Positions 50,218 to 63,935 of a DNA stretch of 64,000 nt are shown in pieces. Location of the stretch: assembly GCA_951406725.2 (NCBI GenBank), contig OX597819.1, forward strand, positions 35,526,001 through 35,590,000. The letters run 5' to 3'. The stretch is from Octopus vulgaris. Its lineage: Eukaryota. Every line of letters starts with the position of its first letter. Position 1 is the first letter of the stretch. A model generated the notes under the pieces. That model did no database searches. It saw only the letters and a list, made by a program, of their open reading frames with translations, and was not told the origin of the DNA. A program made the position numbers and the translations under genes.

Positions 50218-50931
50218 TATATATATATTAAGTGATTGAATTGTTTTACAATCAAAGTTATGTCTGTTTTTAAGATAGTTGCAATAAACCAAAGGGAAAT
50301 TTATTTGCCATTTCTTGCAAAGTGTGTGACCATCTTGTTGGGTTTATGTTGGTGTAGTTATGATTATTGGAGGGTGTGTATATTTGAAATATAATATTAT
50401 GTTTTTTTCTGTTCATTTTTGGATATTTTCCCTATGTGATTTTACAATTAATGCAAGTAAATGAGGTTTGTTTCGAGTTATTAGGTCACATTCTATTCCT
50501 ATGGCACAAACAATAATGAGACCTCCACACATCTATTATGTAGATATAAGCAGGCTATATAACACGCCCACACACCAACCCACACACACGCACTGACGTT
50601 CCCTGTGGTTAGGAATTTACACTTACTATTTACAAAAGACACACCGAAAGCAGTCAAACAAAGCCATAAGCAAACCTTTTGTTACATTTTACTTCTCCTA
50701 TTTACTGAAAGGCTTTGAGGAAATCATAATTGTAAAGCCTCCTCCAGATCCAAAAAGAATATGAATGGAGAGGAGCTTAAAACTGATTCTGTCAGATGTT
50801 TCTTTGTGGTTTTTAAACGAAAATATTTGGTCACAAGAAAATCTTTATGGGAGAGTGAAGATAAAGACCACTGATAAAACAGAGCAGGCACTCAACCAAA
50901 CGCATAAATTTATAAGCACATGATTAGAAAT

Positions 50932-50933
<2 letters not shown>

Positions 50934-50999
<66 letters not shown>

Positions 51000-51372
51000 A
51001 CACACACATACACACACACATGTGTATATACACATACATGCACGCACACACATGTGCATACACATACACACACACGTGCATACACATGCACACAAACACA
51101 CACACATGTATACACACATACACACAAACACATGCACATGTGCATGCTCACATGCACTCAAACACACACACATGTGTATACACACATACATACACATGTG
51201 CATACGCACATACACACAAACAGTCAGATGTAAATACACACACAAACACATACATGTGCATAAACACATACACACACGTGTATACACACATGTATACATA
51301 CATACAAACAAGCACACACATGTGCATGCACACATACACACAAACACATAAACATGTGCATACACACATATA
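50934..51372. repeat. (CA)n and degenerate CA/TA low-complexity repeat
   Basis: Direct inspection. Confidence 0.9.
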
Positions 51373-51701
51373 TACTTCTGTCTACTTGTGTATATGATCA
51401 TGATCATGAAGATGATCATCATTTAACGTCTGTTTTCCATGCTGGCATGAGTTAGAGGATTTGACAAGAGCTGGCAAACCAGAGGGCCGAGCCAGGATCT
51501 ATTGTCTGTTTTGGCAAGGTTTCTAGAGCTGGATGTCCTTCCTAACACCAGGATGTGGTGAGTTGGAGGAATGAGTTATGCTCTAGTAATTGCTTTGTCA
51601 TGGTTTCTATACCAAGTTGCCCTTCTTAATACCAACCACTTTGCAGAGTGCACTGGGTGTTTCTTTACATGACTGAGTGGGGCTACAATAAAGAGAGAGA
51701 A

Positions 51702-51734
<33 letters not shown>

Positions 51735-51735
51735 A

Positions 51736-51791
<56 letters not shown>

Positions 51792-51867
51792 TGGTGGCTT
51801 TGTGTTAGGTGGTGAAAGTTTAGAGTGGTGGTTCTTAGCTGGGCTCCATATTGCCCTTCGGGGGCTA

Positions 51868-52198
51868 TACTCTTTTACTCTTTTACTGGTTTTAGTCATT
51901 TGACTGTGGCCATGCTGGAGCACCACCTTTAGTCAAGCAAATCGACCCCAGGACTTATTCTTTGTAAGGCTAGTACTTATACTATAGGTCTCTTTTGCCA
52001 AACCGCTAAGTTACGGGCATCTAAGTTACACATCACCATCGGTTGTCAAGCAATGTTGTTGGGGACAAACAGAGACACACAAACATAAACACACACATAC
52101 ATATATATACATATATGCAATGGGCTTCTTTCAGTTTCCGTCTACCAAATCCACTCACAAGGCTTTGGTCAGCCTGAGGTTATAGTAAAAGACACTTG
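51868..52198 (-). mobile_element. CORE-type SINE, head truncated
   Basis: Reverse complement of the family body and tail. Confidence 0.8.
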
Positions 52199-52627
52199 CG
52201 ATCCTGTTACTCTGGCTTGATGATTCTCTTCTTAATGCCTTTAATTTCACTTTCTGCCTCTGCTTCTTCTTGAACTCCTTCAACCACCAACACTTTGCAT
52301 TCATCTGTTCTTCTATGTTATAATCACCTACTTCACTATCCTCTCTTTGAAAACATCAACTTTGAGAACTTCACAGTATACAAATTCTCTTGGCTCTGAA
52401 CTGCCCTCAAAAATATTATCACAGGGACCACATTATTTGCTTTTTGCACTGTCAGCACTTGTTGCTATCTTCACCTTTTCTTGTCATTGACCATGGCACT
52501 GATGCCTGACCACTTCCTCTTCCTAAAACATCTCTGTCTCCATCAGATTCTCTAATCCCCACTTACCAAAGACAATTCAGTAGTGAGATTCAACTATTTG
52601 GATAACAGCCAGAGCAACAAGCTAGCC

Positions 52628-52990
52628 TCCATGCCGATGGCACATAAAAAACACCATTTGAGCGTGATTGTTACCTGCATTGCCTTACTGGCACTTGAAA
52701 AAACATTCAAGCGAGATCATTACCAGTGTTGCTGGACTGGCTCCTGTGCAGGTGGCACATAAAAATCACCATTTGAGCATGGCCGTTGCCAGTATCGCCT
52801 GACTGGCCCTTGTGCCGGTGGCATGTAAAAGCACCCACTACACTCTTGGAGTGGTTGGCATTAGGAAAGGCATCAAGAAACTCTGCCAGATCAGATTGGA
52901 GTCTGGTGCAATCATCTGGTTCGCCAGACCTCAGTCAAATCGTCCAACCCATGCTAGCATGGAAAGCGGACGTTAAACGATGATGATGAT
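52628..52990 (+). mobile_element. RTE 3'-tail copy (related subfamily)
   Basis: Repeated GGTGGCACATAAAAA.CACC units; (GAT)n end. Confidence 0.8.
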
Positions 52991-53009
52991 CATCATCATC
53001 TTCATCATC

Positions 53010-53575
53010 AGTAATAATGGCTATGTTGACGCTGATGTTAACCAAGAAATTGGAAAAGCTGCAACCATATTCCAGAGAATGAGTGCAATCTGGTCTTCCA
53101 ACACCATTGGCCTATACACAAAGATCTGGCTATATAATAACATAATTATACCAACAGTTCTCTATGTTGGTGAGACATGGAATAACACTGAAAATCGAAA
53201 GAAAGCTAGAGATGTTTTGCCAAAGATATGAGAAGGATTCTGAGAATGTACTGGAGAGACCACACAACCAATCAAAACATTCTATAAGGAGCCATCACAA
53301 GACCCACTTTGCAAAGTCAACACAGAATGAATATTAAAACTAGCAGGTCACATACTCCAGCTACAAGAACAGTCATCCTAAAACAGCTTTTAAGTGGACA
53401 CAACCAGAGGGAAAAGGGAAGAAAGTGAGACTGGAAGCTACACGGTGCAGAACATTCATAACTAACATGAGAGAGGCCAATATTGCATGCCTGGATGTGG
53501 AGAAAACTACAACCGACTGAGACCAGTGGTGTTAGCTTGCTGCCCAATGTGCTCGTAGGCAGAAAAGGAACTAAT
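53010..53575 (+). mobile_element. Decayed RTE-clade LINE ORF C-terminal fragment
   Basis: DADVNQEIGKAATIFQRMSAIW...TKIWLYNNIIIPTVLYVGETW and downstream LAGHILQ. Confidence 0.8.
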
Positions 53576-54382
53576 ACTTGTATTGATACCTAACATATTC
53601 CTACCATACAACAGCCCCAAAATCTCTGGTATTTTAAGTCACCTACATAGTTACTTTGTGGTATTTGCTCCAGCTCTTTGTATTTTGAGTTCAAGTCCTG
53701 CTAAAGTCAACTTTACTGTCATAATTTTGGAGGTTAATGAAATAAAGTACCAATCCAGAGCAGCAGACTGGTAAAGTTTTAGAGAACTGGACGATATGTT
53801 TGAGAATAATACCCTGTTCTACCCGTCTTGAAGACCCTGAAAAATAAAGGGTCATGGAGAGGGAGATGGGAGTTACTCTTTCCCTTTCTCAGTAAGTGGT
53901 TAAAACAAAAACTTTGTTAGTTTTATGCTTTAATTTTGATCCAAGACAGTTAATTGAGTGACCAAGTTTTGTAATCTTACACATTTCCATCCACATTTCT
54001 TACTTTATCAAAACTCCCAAAACAATGGAAGTTGGTGGGGCTCTACATGGTTTCTAAGCCTGCTACAAATACCAGTCGAATTTCTCACCAATTAAACTCC
54101 ATCAAAAGAAACAAAAAAGAACACAGGGGATAAAGTAACCTTAGATATTTGGTACAGGACAAAATAGTCATGGCTGGAATGCATTTGATCACAGGTTGGT
54201 CAATCCGAGGGCTAATCAACAACACCAACCCTCAAACACAATTATGCACAAATGAACAATTTCTACAACACCCAGAGGAAGTCAAATGGGTGGAATTTAT
54301 TTAATACTATAACTTCTACCAAAAAACCATTAGGAAATTGAACATACCTTTAGTGCATCACATAGTTTGCAAGCTTTCTCAC

Positions 54383-54539
54383 CTCCCAAATTGCAACTTA
54401 ATGTTCTGATTTTTTGCCAAGAAAATATCTTCTAATTTTGCAGAATATGCCTTCCTTCTTTCCTCCGGATGGCGTTGCAAATAGTAATTCTGAAGATAAA
54501 GTTTCAGCATTTGGTGCTTGTCTTACTTTGAGTTTCATA
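54383..54539 (-). CDS. Candidate exon of a minus-strand gene containing a 46-codon ORF (54538-54398)
   Basis: TTTTGTTGTATCTGTGCAG acceptor, MKLKVRQAPNAETLSSELLFATPSGGKKEGIFCKIRRYFLGKKSEH*, GAG|GTGAGA donor. Confidence 0.35.
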
Positions 54540-54999
54540 CTGCACAGATACAACAAAACATTTTCTTCTTCACACTACCAGATTCTGCAACACATGCACA
54601 CAGTCACTAAGTGCAAAACTAATGTGTAAGTCTCTATATTATCACAGAGCCTACTAGAAAATAGCAACCAAATCTGCCTCAAATTACATCCCAATAAAAT
54701 TATATGTTAATTAAAAACTTATACCTTTTCAAATCCTCCAAAGCACTTCACTCTGATTCAATTAAATAATCCATGTTTTCAGCACATGCCCTATTATGGT
54801 TTGGCTGAGTTCTGGTTTGTATATACAATAAATAGCTATAAGCCACAAATCTCTCTCTGTGGACAGAAGATAAATACTTTTTTTTCCCTGATGAGGGTAT
54901 AGGAAAACTCTAAACCAGTCAGATAAAAATTGTGGTGAAACCACTTAAAGTCCAAATTAAAATTAATTTAGTACAAGAGATAACTTACATTTCATTTCA

Positions 55000-55151
<152 letters not shown>

Positions 55152-55272
55152 AACCCAGAACCATGTAGTTTGGAAGCAAGCTTTTTATCACACAGCTACG
55201 TCTGTACATAATATATATGTGTATGTTTGTGTGTGTGTGCGCATGTGTGTGAGTGAGTATATGTATGTGCTT

Positions 55273-55309
<37 letters not shown>

Positions 55310-55429
55310 TACAGATACACACACACATCATCATCATCATCATTAATCATTTTAAAGTTCATGTTTTCATGTTTGTATAGGTGAAGTTAGTTAGCTTCTT
55401 GAGTCATGTTAACTCATAAGTTAACTCAT

Positions 55430-55650
55430 AAGGGCCAGTTTCCTGGTTTCCATGGTGTATAAATTCTCTACCTGGACAGGACATCAGTCCATTGCAGGAT
55501 TACTCACTTTTGCCAGCTGAATGAACTGGAAAAACGTGAAATGAAGTGTTTTGCTCAAGAACACAATGCGTTGCCTGGTCCAAGAATTGAAACCATAATC
55601 TTACGATCATGAGTCCAACACTCTAACCATTAAGCCATGCACCTCCACCT
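55430..55650 (-). mobile_element. tRNA-derived SINE
   Basis: Minus strand GGTGCATGGCTTAATGGTTAGAG A-box, GGTTTCAATTC B-box, TTCTTGAGCAAAAC motif. Confidence 0.7.
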
Positions 55651-55899
55651 TCATGCTTGCATGGGTCAAGCCAAATTCATTGAGGCAAATTTTCTGAGGC
55701 TGGGTACTCTTCCTGTCCCCAACACTCATTTATTTCCTAGCAAAGTATTATTTCTTCCTGTCCTTTAAATACAAGTAGTACAATGACAATACATATTTTC
55801 AGAGAAAATTGCAAATGAATGCCATTGTTAATATGATGATGATGTTGTTTGTTTTTAGTTAGCATGTGATGTCAAAACATAAACACTTGAACAAGCACA

Positions 55900-56300
55900 G
55901 ACGTACACAAACACATACACACATACATATATGTATACATATACATACATGCATACATACACACAGATATTTGCACACATACATACATACACACATACAT
56001 ACATACGTACATACATACATACATACATACATACATACACACATACATATATGTATACATATACATACATGTATACATACACAGATATTTGCACACATAC
56101 ATACATACACACATACATATATATACAAACACATACATACATATATACACACACACACATACATACATACATACATACATACATACATACACACATACAT
56201 ACATACATACATACATACATACATACATACATACACACATACATACATACATACATACATACATACATACATACACACATACATACATACATACATACAT

Positions 56301-56337
<37 letters not shown>

Positions 56338-56455
56338 TACATACATACATACATACATACATACATACATACATACATACATACATACATGCATACATAC
56401 ACACACATACATACATACATACATACACACACACATACATACATACATACATGCA
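55900..56455. repeat. (TACA)n microsatellite with higher-order duplication
   Basis: Direct inspection; ACAGATATTTGCACAC occurs twice. Confidence 0.9.
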
Positions 56456-57161
56456 TATATTTATGCATAGGAAAGCAATAAAAATTGTTTAAAAATGCAA
56501 AGTTAGGATAAAAATAATAAATATGTTTAATATTCCAGCTTCAACAATTCCCAATATTGAAACGAAACACTTGAAATATTCATTAAACTGTAAATAACTT
56601 CAAAACTGTTATGACAAGTACTAAGATATACAGCAACCTGCTAACAATGCAATGGGCCAATGAGGGCACCTCTATGTGGTGACTTGGCTTGCTAGAAATA
56701 CCAACAGAATGCCATCTTAAAAAAAGGTGATTTGATGGAGATTTGGTTGCAGTTTCTTACAAATCTAACAATCATGTAGAGGTAAACCCTGGTCAAGCAG
56801 ACCTGTGATTAAGACCATTTCACAGGTATGAATACTGTATCTAGGACTACATTATTCAATGTGCCTTGTTTTAAGAACAGTAGCATGATTTGATAGAAAT
56901 TTGGGTGCATTAGGAGCTCTCCCAAAAGATTTGAACAAACAGAGAGAGGAAATAGGCATAAAGCCTAGTCTAGGGCAGCTCCAGAAAAAAGTGTTATTAG
57001 GGACAGCTAGGATACTTTGGAAGGTTTTTGGTATCTAAGGTTGTAGCCTGATGTTAGAGATTTTTCTTTTCCAACAGTTTAATTTGTTGTGCATGTATGA
57101 AATAATGATACTTACATATAAGACGCCGCTATATATATATGTATATATATATATATATATG

Positions 57162-57234
<73 letters not shown>

Positions 57235-57283
57235 ATATGTATGTATATATATATATATATAGTATATATGTATGTATATATGT

Positions 57284-57989
57284 ATCATCATCATCATCAT
57301 CATCATCATTTAGCGTCCGTTTTCCATGCTAGCATGGGTTGGACGGTTCTGCTGGGGTCTGTGAAGCCAGAAGGCTTCATCAGGCCCAGTCAAATCTGGC
57401 AGTGTTTCTACGGCTGGATGCCCTTCCTAACGCCAACCACTCCGTGAGTGTAGTGGGTGCTTTTTACGTGCCACCCGCACTGGTGCCAGACAGAGCTGGC
57501 AAACGGCCACGAACGGATGGTGCTTTTTATGTGCCACCGGCACGAGGGCCAGGCGAGGCTGGCAACGGACACGAAACGGGGCGGTGCTGGCAACGGTCGC
57601 GAAACGGAAAGTTCTCTTACATGCCACCGGCACTGGTAACACATCTGCAATTTCCATTGATCGATTTCCATTGATCGATTTCGATTCTGATCCTCACTTG
57701 CCTCAATGGGTCTTCACAAGCAGAGTTTCGACATGCCACCGGCACTGGTAGCACATCCGCAATTTCCATTGATCGATTTCGATTCTGATCCTCACTTGCC
57801 TCAACACGTCTTCACAAGTAGAGTTTTGTGTCCCAAGAAGGGAAGGTATGCATACGTAGGCTGGCTCCATCCCATGTAGAAGGCCACGGGTTGTGGACTC
57901 ACTTGTCCTGCCGGGTCTTCTCGTGCACAGCACACTTCCAGAGGTCTCGGTCTCTAGTCATTTCCTCAGTGAGACCTAAAGTTCGAAGG
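57284..57989 (-). mobile_element. 5'-truncated RTE LINE (ORF end plus 3' UTR) with ~110-bp internal tandem duplication
   Basis: LRTLGLTEEMTRDRDLWKCAV matches the ORF end near 18410-18480; tail family; 57619-57728 repeated from 57731. Confidence 0.88.
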
Positions 57990-57993
57990 TATG

Positions 57994-58024
<31 letters not shown>

Positions 58025-59348
58025 GTATATATATATGTATATATATATGTATATGTATATATATATGTAAAATACAAAATGGGACAAGAACACAAAACAT
58101 CTGGATAGTTAGGTGATACAAAAATGGGACAACAAAACATCCAGATAGGCGATACAAAGGAAACAAGGACGGGTCATTCGAAGTTTTCTTTCCTTAGTCA
58201 AGTACCAGATTATCTTCACAATTTCGGCTGATTATACTTGAGATTGCTCCAATCTGGCCAGCCCCAAGGCAAAACTAAGCTAAGAGCATTAAGTTCCTTG
58301 GAAGAAAGCAGCGAATGTATACAAAAACAAGGACGGAAAAAAAAAGGGACAATGTTACACAAATATAATAAAAATAATAACAGGAGATAACAACAGGTGT
58401 CTTTCGACTAAGGACGAATTAAATTAAGCTGGCGTGTGTGGAAATGAAGCCTTACAGCAGGGATACAAGATTTCACAAACACAGGGAGGAATATCGATGT
58501 TGCACGGACAACGGCCAAATGATAATATTAATAATAATAAAGTTTTCAGGGAAGAATGTATAAGAGTATGCCTGTTCTTCACTTTATATGCTTCAAAATT
58601 GTAAAAAGAGTACATTCATCTTTAAAATGTTTATGAAGGAACGAGATGCCGGAGACCACAAAGCTTTTTACTTTTCAAAACAGAACTATCTGTCTGTCTG
58701 TCTGTCTATATAAGTACTGAAATGTGGTTGTTAAAACTGTGATGATGATAATGTCGATGATGATAATAATGATGATGACGATGACGACGATGATGATGAT
58801 GATGATGGTGATGGTGGTGATGGTGGTGATGATGATGAATATGTATATTTACATGCAAGTCATACACATGTATATGGCATGATGACCTCAATGGTCACCT
58901 CAAAATTCAGAACTATGTAATCACTGCCTTTATGAAAGCAACATTCCATATTATGTAACATTTTAGCTGTGTCATAGAATGCAGGTAAGTTTGCAATATT
59001 TCGACATAACAAACTACATACCATCACATAATCTTCACTAAACAAACATAAGCAAAACAAAGCAAAAAGAACAAAAAATAAAAACAGCAACAAACAAACC
59101 AAACAGCATCGTTGGCAAAAATCCTCACTTTTTGCATGTTAACGATATATTTATATCCAGGTACAGTTGGAGAACTAAAGTAATTACAACCAAAAGAACT
59201 GTCATATTCAGAATAATTTTAATAATTTAAACTCTTTAACATTTAACCAGCCGTAACCAGCCCAAATATTCTACCAGTTTTATGCTAAAACCAGCCAGAT
59301 CAGGCTTCTGTCACCTACCCTACAATGTCATTATAAAAAACAATCATA

Positions 59349-59775
59349 CAAGGGGGTGCTGAAAAGTCCCTGACTTTAAGGGTATTGTGAAAGGCCTTGG
59401 CTGGTGGCCCAACCTTCTGAGTTCTTTTACAGGGCTTAGAAAAACTGAAATACTGCTGCAATAAGTGTGAATCTAAGAGGGGAATATCATCATCATCCTC
59501 ATCATCATCATCATCATCATCATCATTTAGCATCCGCTTTCCATGCTAGCATGGGTTTGATGGTTCAACTGGTGTCTGGGAAACCAGAAGGCTGCACCAG
59601 GCCCAGTCTGATCTGGCAATGTTTCTACGGCTGGATGCCCTTCCTAACGCCAACCACTCCGTGAGTGTAGTGGGTGCTTTTTACGTGCCAGACGAGGCTG
59701 GCAAACGGCCACGATCGGATGGTGCTTTCTATATTTTCTTTTACCCAAAGCCAGGAACTTTTTAGCACCCCCTTG
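59349..59775. mobile_element. Tc1/mariner-type MITE
   Basis: TA-CAAGGGGGTGCTGAAAAGT ... ACTTTTTAGCACCCCCTTG-TA. Confidence 0.85.
59487..59728 (-). mobile_element. RTE 3'-tail copy inside the mariner MITE
   Basis: Same tail family as 2420-2790. Confidence 0.85.
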
Positions 59776-60447
59776 TATCACTGAAATCTCGAAGCTCCAA
59801 AATAATGCATTATTAATTCAAAACAATGTGAATTAATAAGTGTTACATTGACAGAGCAATCTGAATGCTAAAAGGTCAAGCTTAGTCAAGAATAAAAAAA
59901 TACAAAAAATCTATGTCGAAAAGAACCCTTGTGGTATATTTAAAATTGATAAAAATTAAACTGTAAAAAATGATAAAAAAACATCATGGATAAGAATAGA
60001 GTATCATTATATCAATCCGCCACAACTGTAGTCTGGACAAAAATCCTCTTAATTTAAGCTCAAGGAATGGCTTTATGAGGAACTCCTCAATTGCTATTTT
60101 GAGATTGCTTTGAAGTGCTATGCAACTCAGTGAAATCCTCACTACCCCAATCACTGACTGAAGCTTGAGTATGTTGAGACTCCAACAGCATGTTTGTTCT
60201 AGTTGAGTCCTGCAGTCCAAATAGGGGTCTTTCAAATCTCTCTTTTCCTTATCTGATGTGACTTTTCCCTCCGTTTCTCATCTGGCCCCTTGACTACTCC
60301 CTTTTGCTGATTCAACAATTTCAGTGCATGACACACTAAACCATATAGTCATATTAGAATGAGCTGTTTGCACTTTGGTAAAGAATTATATATATACATA
60401 TGCCATGTAGTTGAGAAGTTAACATCCCAACTGAAAGAAACCTGTTT

Positions 60448-60483
<36 letters not shown>

Positions 60484-60613
60484 CGTGCATGCATGCGTAT
60501 GTGTATGTGTTTGTCCCTCACCACTGCATGACAACCAGTGTTGGTGTATCAACATCCCTGTAACTTAGCAGTTCAGCAAAAGGAAACTATAGAATAAATA
60601 CAAAAAAGTTAAA

Positions 60614-60772
60614 AGAGTGGCTGTGTGGTAAGTAGCTTGCTTGCCAACCACATGGTTCCGGGTTCATTCCCACTGCATGGCACCTTGGGCAAGTGTCTTC
60701 TACTATAGCCTCGGGCTGACCAAAGACTTGTGAGTGGATTTGGTAGACAGAAACTGAAAGAAGCCCATCGTA

Positions 60773-60825
<53 letters not shown>

Positions 60826-61030
60826 ATATGTTTGTGTCTGTGTTTGTCCCCACAACATTGCTTGACAACCGATGGTGATGTGTTTATGTCCCCATAATTT
60901 AGCAGTTTGGCAAAAGAAACCGATAGAATAAGTACTAGGCGTACAAAGAATAAATCCTGGGGTCGATTTGCTCGACTAAAAGTGGTGCTCCAGCATGGCC
61001 ATAGTCATATGACTGAAACAAGTAAAAGAG
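60614..61030 (+). mobile_element. CORE-type tRNA SINE, near full length
   Basis: Head, CACCTTGGGCAAGTG CORE motif, internal (TA)n, family tail. Confidence 0.88.
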
Positions 61031-61142
61031 TACTGGGTCAATAAGTTTGACTAAAATTGTTCAAGGTGGTGCCCCAGTATGGCCACCATCTAATGACTGA
61101 ACCAAGTAAATGATAAAAGATAAAAGACATATATATATCATC

Positions 61143-61186
<44 letters not shown>

Positions 61187-61189
61187 ATA

Positions 61190-61604
61190 TTTCTTTATTG
61201 CCCACAGAGGGCTAAACAAAGAGGGGATAAACAAGGACAGAAAAAGAGATTAAGTCGATTATATCATCCTCAGTGCATAACTGGTACTTATTTAATCGAC
61301 TCTGAAAGGATGAAAGGTAAAGTCAACCTTGGCAGAATTTGGATTCAGAATGTAACGGCAGATGAAATACCTATTTCTTTACTACCCACAAGGAGCTAAA
61401 CACAGAAGGGACAAACAAGGACAAACAAATGGATTAAGTCGATTATATCAACCCCAGTGCGTAACTGGTACTTATTTAATTGACCCCGAAAGGATGAAAG
61501 GCAAAGTCGACCTTGGCGGAATTTGAACTCAGAACCTAGTGGGAGATGAAATACCGCTAAGCATTTCACCTGACTTGCTAACAATTCTGCCAGCTAGCCG
61601 CCCT
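61190..61604 (-). mobile_element. Two tandem Deu/Nin-like SINE copies (61190-61371 truncated; 61372-61604 full)
   Basis: Reverse complement of 1891-2119. Confidence 0.85.
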
Positions 61605-61629
61605 TATATACATACATATATATATATAT

Positions 61630-62670
61630 CCGTAGTGACTCAGCTGTGTCGGATACTGCCAAACTCAACATCCTAGTGGCAGACTTAGTTAGAGTAATGA
61701 GGAATGTATCACCACTATGCCAACCACAAGAACGACAACAACACATCCAGCACTACATATTCCGAATGCAACGTTCCGGATACACACAAGACGATAGAGT
61801 CAGGGTGTACAAAGGAGCGAAAGCTAGATTCGAACGCATTCTAGGGAACGACGAAAACGGTATATGCCCCCTGTACCGCAACAAGTTCTGGAATAGGTTA
61901 GAGAGGGACACCAACAAAAAGATGAGAAACGTTACTTGGTACGATAACAGGAGATTTCACGGAGTGATGTTCGTTGACGCCACACCTATGAACGAGCTAA
62001 GTAAGGCATTCAAGAAAGTCCTGCGCACTACGGGCCTAAAAGTTAAAGTTGTAGAAAAGACAGGTAGGACTATCAAATCGGCATTATGCAGATCATATCC
62101 ATTTGATAGAATCACCTGTCAGAGTAATTGTGCAGTGTGTTCGACAAATCCACACGTAAATTGTAAAACCAAGGGCACTGTATACCAGATTAAGTGCCAG
62201 GAGGGAGCTTGCGCGGCTAACCCGGAGTCATACATAGGTGAGACCTCTAGAAGCATCAATGATAGGTTCAAAGAACACCTGGACAACTACATTGAAAGGA
62301 AGCCAAACTCCATCTTCTACCAACATGCTGTAGACTGCCACAAGGGATCCTTAGGGGAGCTTAAGTTGAACATCCTATCTACACATCCCACCGATGCAAT
62401 GTTGAGACAGGTCACAGAAGCTGTTTGTATACAAGAATACAAACCTACTCTCAACCGAAAGTCCGAATGGAATAACATCCAGATCCCATTCAGAAGGACT
62501 ATTCTATAACCACCCCTCTCTCTCTCTCCCTTTCACCTGTAGTCCTTACATACAGGTTGCAATGCGTATGTGCAGTTATATACAACGGTATGAGCAGACG
62601 TTGTTTGATACGAACAGTCGCACCTAGGCGTTGTACCCATTCACGGTTAGACGACGATGAGAGGAACAAA
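61630..62670 (+). mobile_element. 5'-truncated Penelope-like element (Naiad-like) in TA/CA microsatellite
   Basis: GIY-YIG ORF plus short 3' region; abrupt microsatellite boundaries. Confidence 0.85.
61631..62509 (+). CDS. Penelope-like polyprotein C-terminus: RT thumb/linker, Cys-rich zinc motif, GIY-YIG endonuclease (partial)
   Basis: RMQRSGY, FVDATP..EL, CQSNCAVC, GTVYQIKC...YIGETSRSINDRFKEH, RQVTEAVCI..YKPTLN; no stop from 61631 to the end. Confidence 0.9.
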   Translation, partial: RSDSAVSDTAKLNILVADLVRVMRNVSPLCQPQERQQHIQHYIFRMQRSGYTQDDRVRVYKGAKARFERILGNDENGICPLYRNKFWNRLERDTNKKMRNVTWYDNRRFHGVMFVDATPMNELSKAFKKVLRTTGLKVKVVEKTGRTIKSALCRSYPFDRITCQSNCAVCSTNPHVNCKTKGTVYQIKCQEGACAANPESYIGETSRSINDRFKEHLDNYIERKPNSIFYQHAVDCHKGSLGELKLNILSTHPTDAMLRQVTEAVCIQEYKPTLNRKSEWNNIQIPFRRTIL

Positions 62671-63645
62671 CACACACCCACACACATATATATATATGTG
62701 TGTGCGTCTATACAAACATATATGTAAATATGTATACAACCTTCAGCTAAGTAACAGTCATGTACACAACTTGGACGGACACATGCCAGTACACGGACAT
62801 ACGTTCACATACACATACACATGTACACACTCTCACGGACACATCTGCCCATTCTCCTAGACACTCACATACATACGTAGCACATGAATACAAACATACA
62901 TACATACCTACGTATGGGCATACACACGTACATACGCACGTACATGTACACACACACATACATGGGCACATGCATACGGGCGCGTATACATACATACGCA
63001 CATGCGTACGTATGTACATACATACATACATACATACATACATACATACATACGCACATACATACATACATACGAACAATAGTAAAACATTAGTTCTGTG
63101 ATATAGAGATAGAAATCTGATAATAGATTTTAGGGTATAGTTCTTGTGAGCAAGCGTCATAAATTCACTTTCTAGCCTCGGCCGTAGGGAGTTGAAATTT
63201 GATAGCGTTGTGATGAGTGGTCACTCTACATCCATCCATCGCTACAGGTTTATAACTTTATGTTTTATAGAGTGTATGTGCGTGCTTATACACACACATA
63301 CATATATACATACATACATACATACATGCATACACAGGCGTATGTGCGGACATGAATACGTACATACATACACACATGTATGCATACATACACACATACA
63401 TACGTACATACATATATATGACGAACTAACTGTTACTTTCTTAGATGCAGCACGGACTTTGTCAGTGAACAGGTCGCGGATTTTAGCGACGAAAATATTT
63501 TGACAAATTAAACTTAAATGTTGGAGTGAATCGAACGGCTTTTGTGTGTTTCTTAAATGGCTTATAAACACCTCCCACGCTGCAATTGTTTTCGTTTCAG
63601 CACACGATCTCAGATCAAATTACTTGCTATGCGAGTACATCTCCG

Positions 63646-63703
<58 letters not shown>

Positions 63704-63704
<1 letters not shown>

Positions 63705-63935
63705 ATCATCATCATCATTTAACTTCCAGTGTCCATGATAGCATGGGTTGGATGGTGTGATCAGAGCTGGCACGCTGGGGAGCTGCACCAGGCTCCGCTC
63801 TGATTTGGCTTGGTTTCTATGGCTGGATGCCCTTCCTAATACCAACCACTTTACAGAGTGTGCTGGATGCTTTTATGTGGTACCATACCACATGAACACT
63901 TTTACAAGATGCTGCTTGGGTGCTTTTATGTGTAA
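63704..63935 (-). mobile_element. Diverged RTE 3'-tail copy
   Basis: GCTGGATGCCCTTCCTAATACCAACCACT and (CAT)n. Confidence 0.75.

Larger units (their letters stand above)
59232..59878 (+). mobile_element. piggyBac-like MITE family A, diverged, host of a mariner MITE
   Basis: Body colinear with 43435-44009 and 26878-27480. Confidence 0.6.

Noticed and set aside
58067-58690. Hammerhead in the TA-adjacent element
   Set aside because: No complete CTGANGA/GAAA/UH set with pairing stems found by eye
62588-62611. SECIS-like ATGA...GA hairpin after the Penelope ORF
   Set aside because: Stem too short, no apical AA, no in-frame TGA in the ORF
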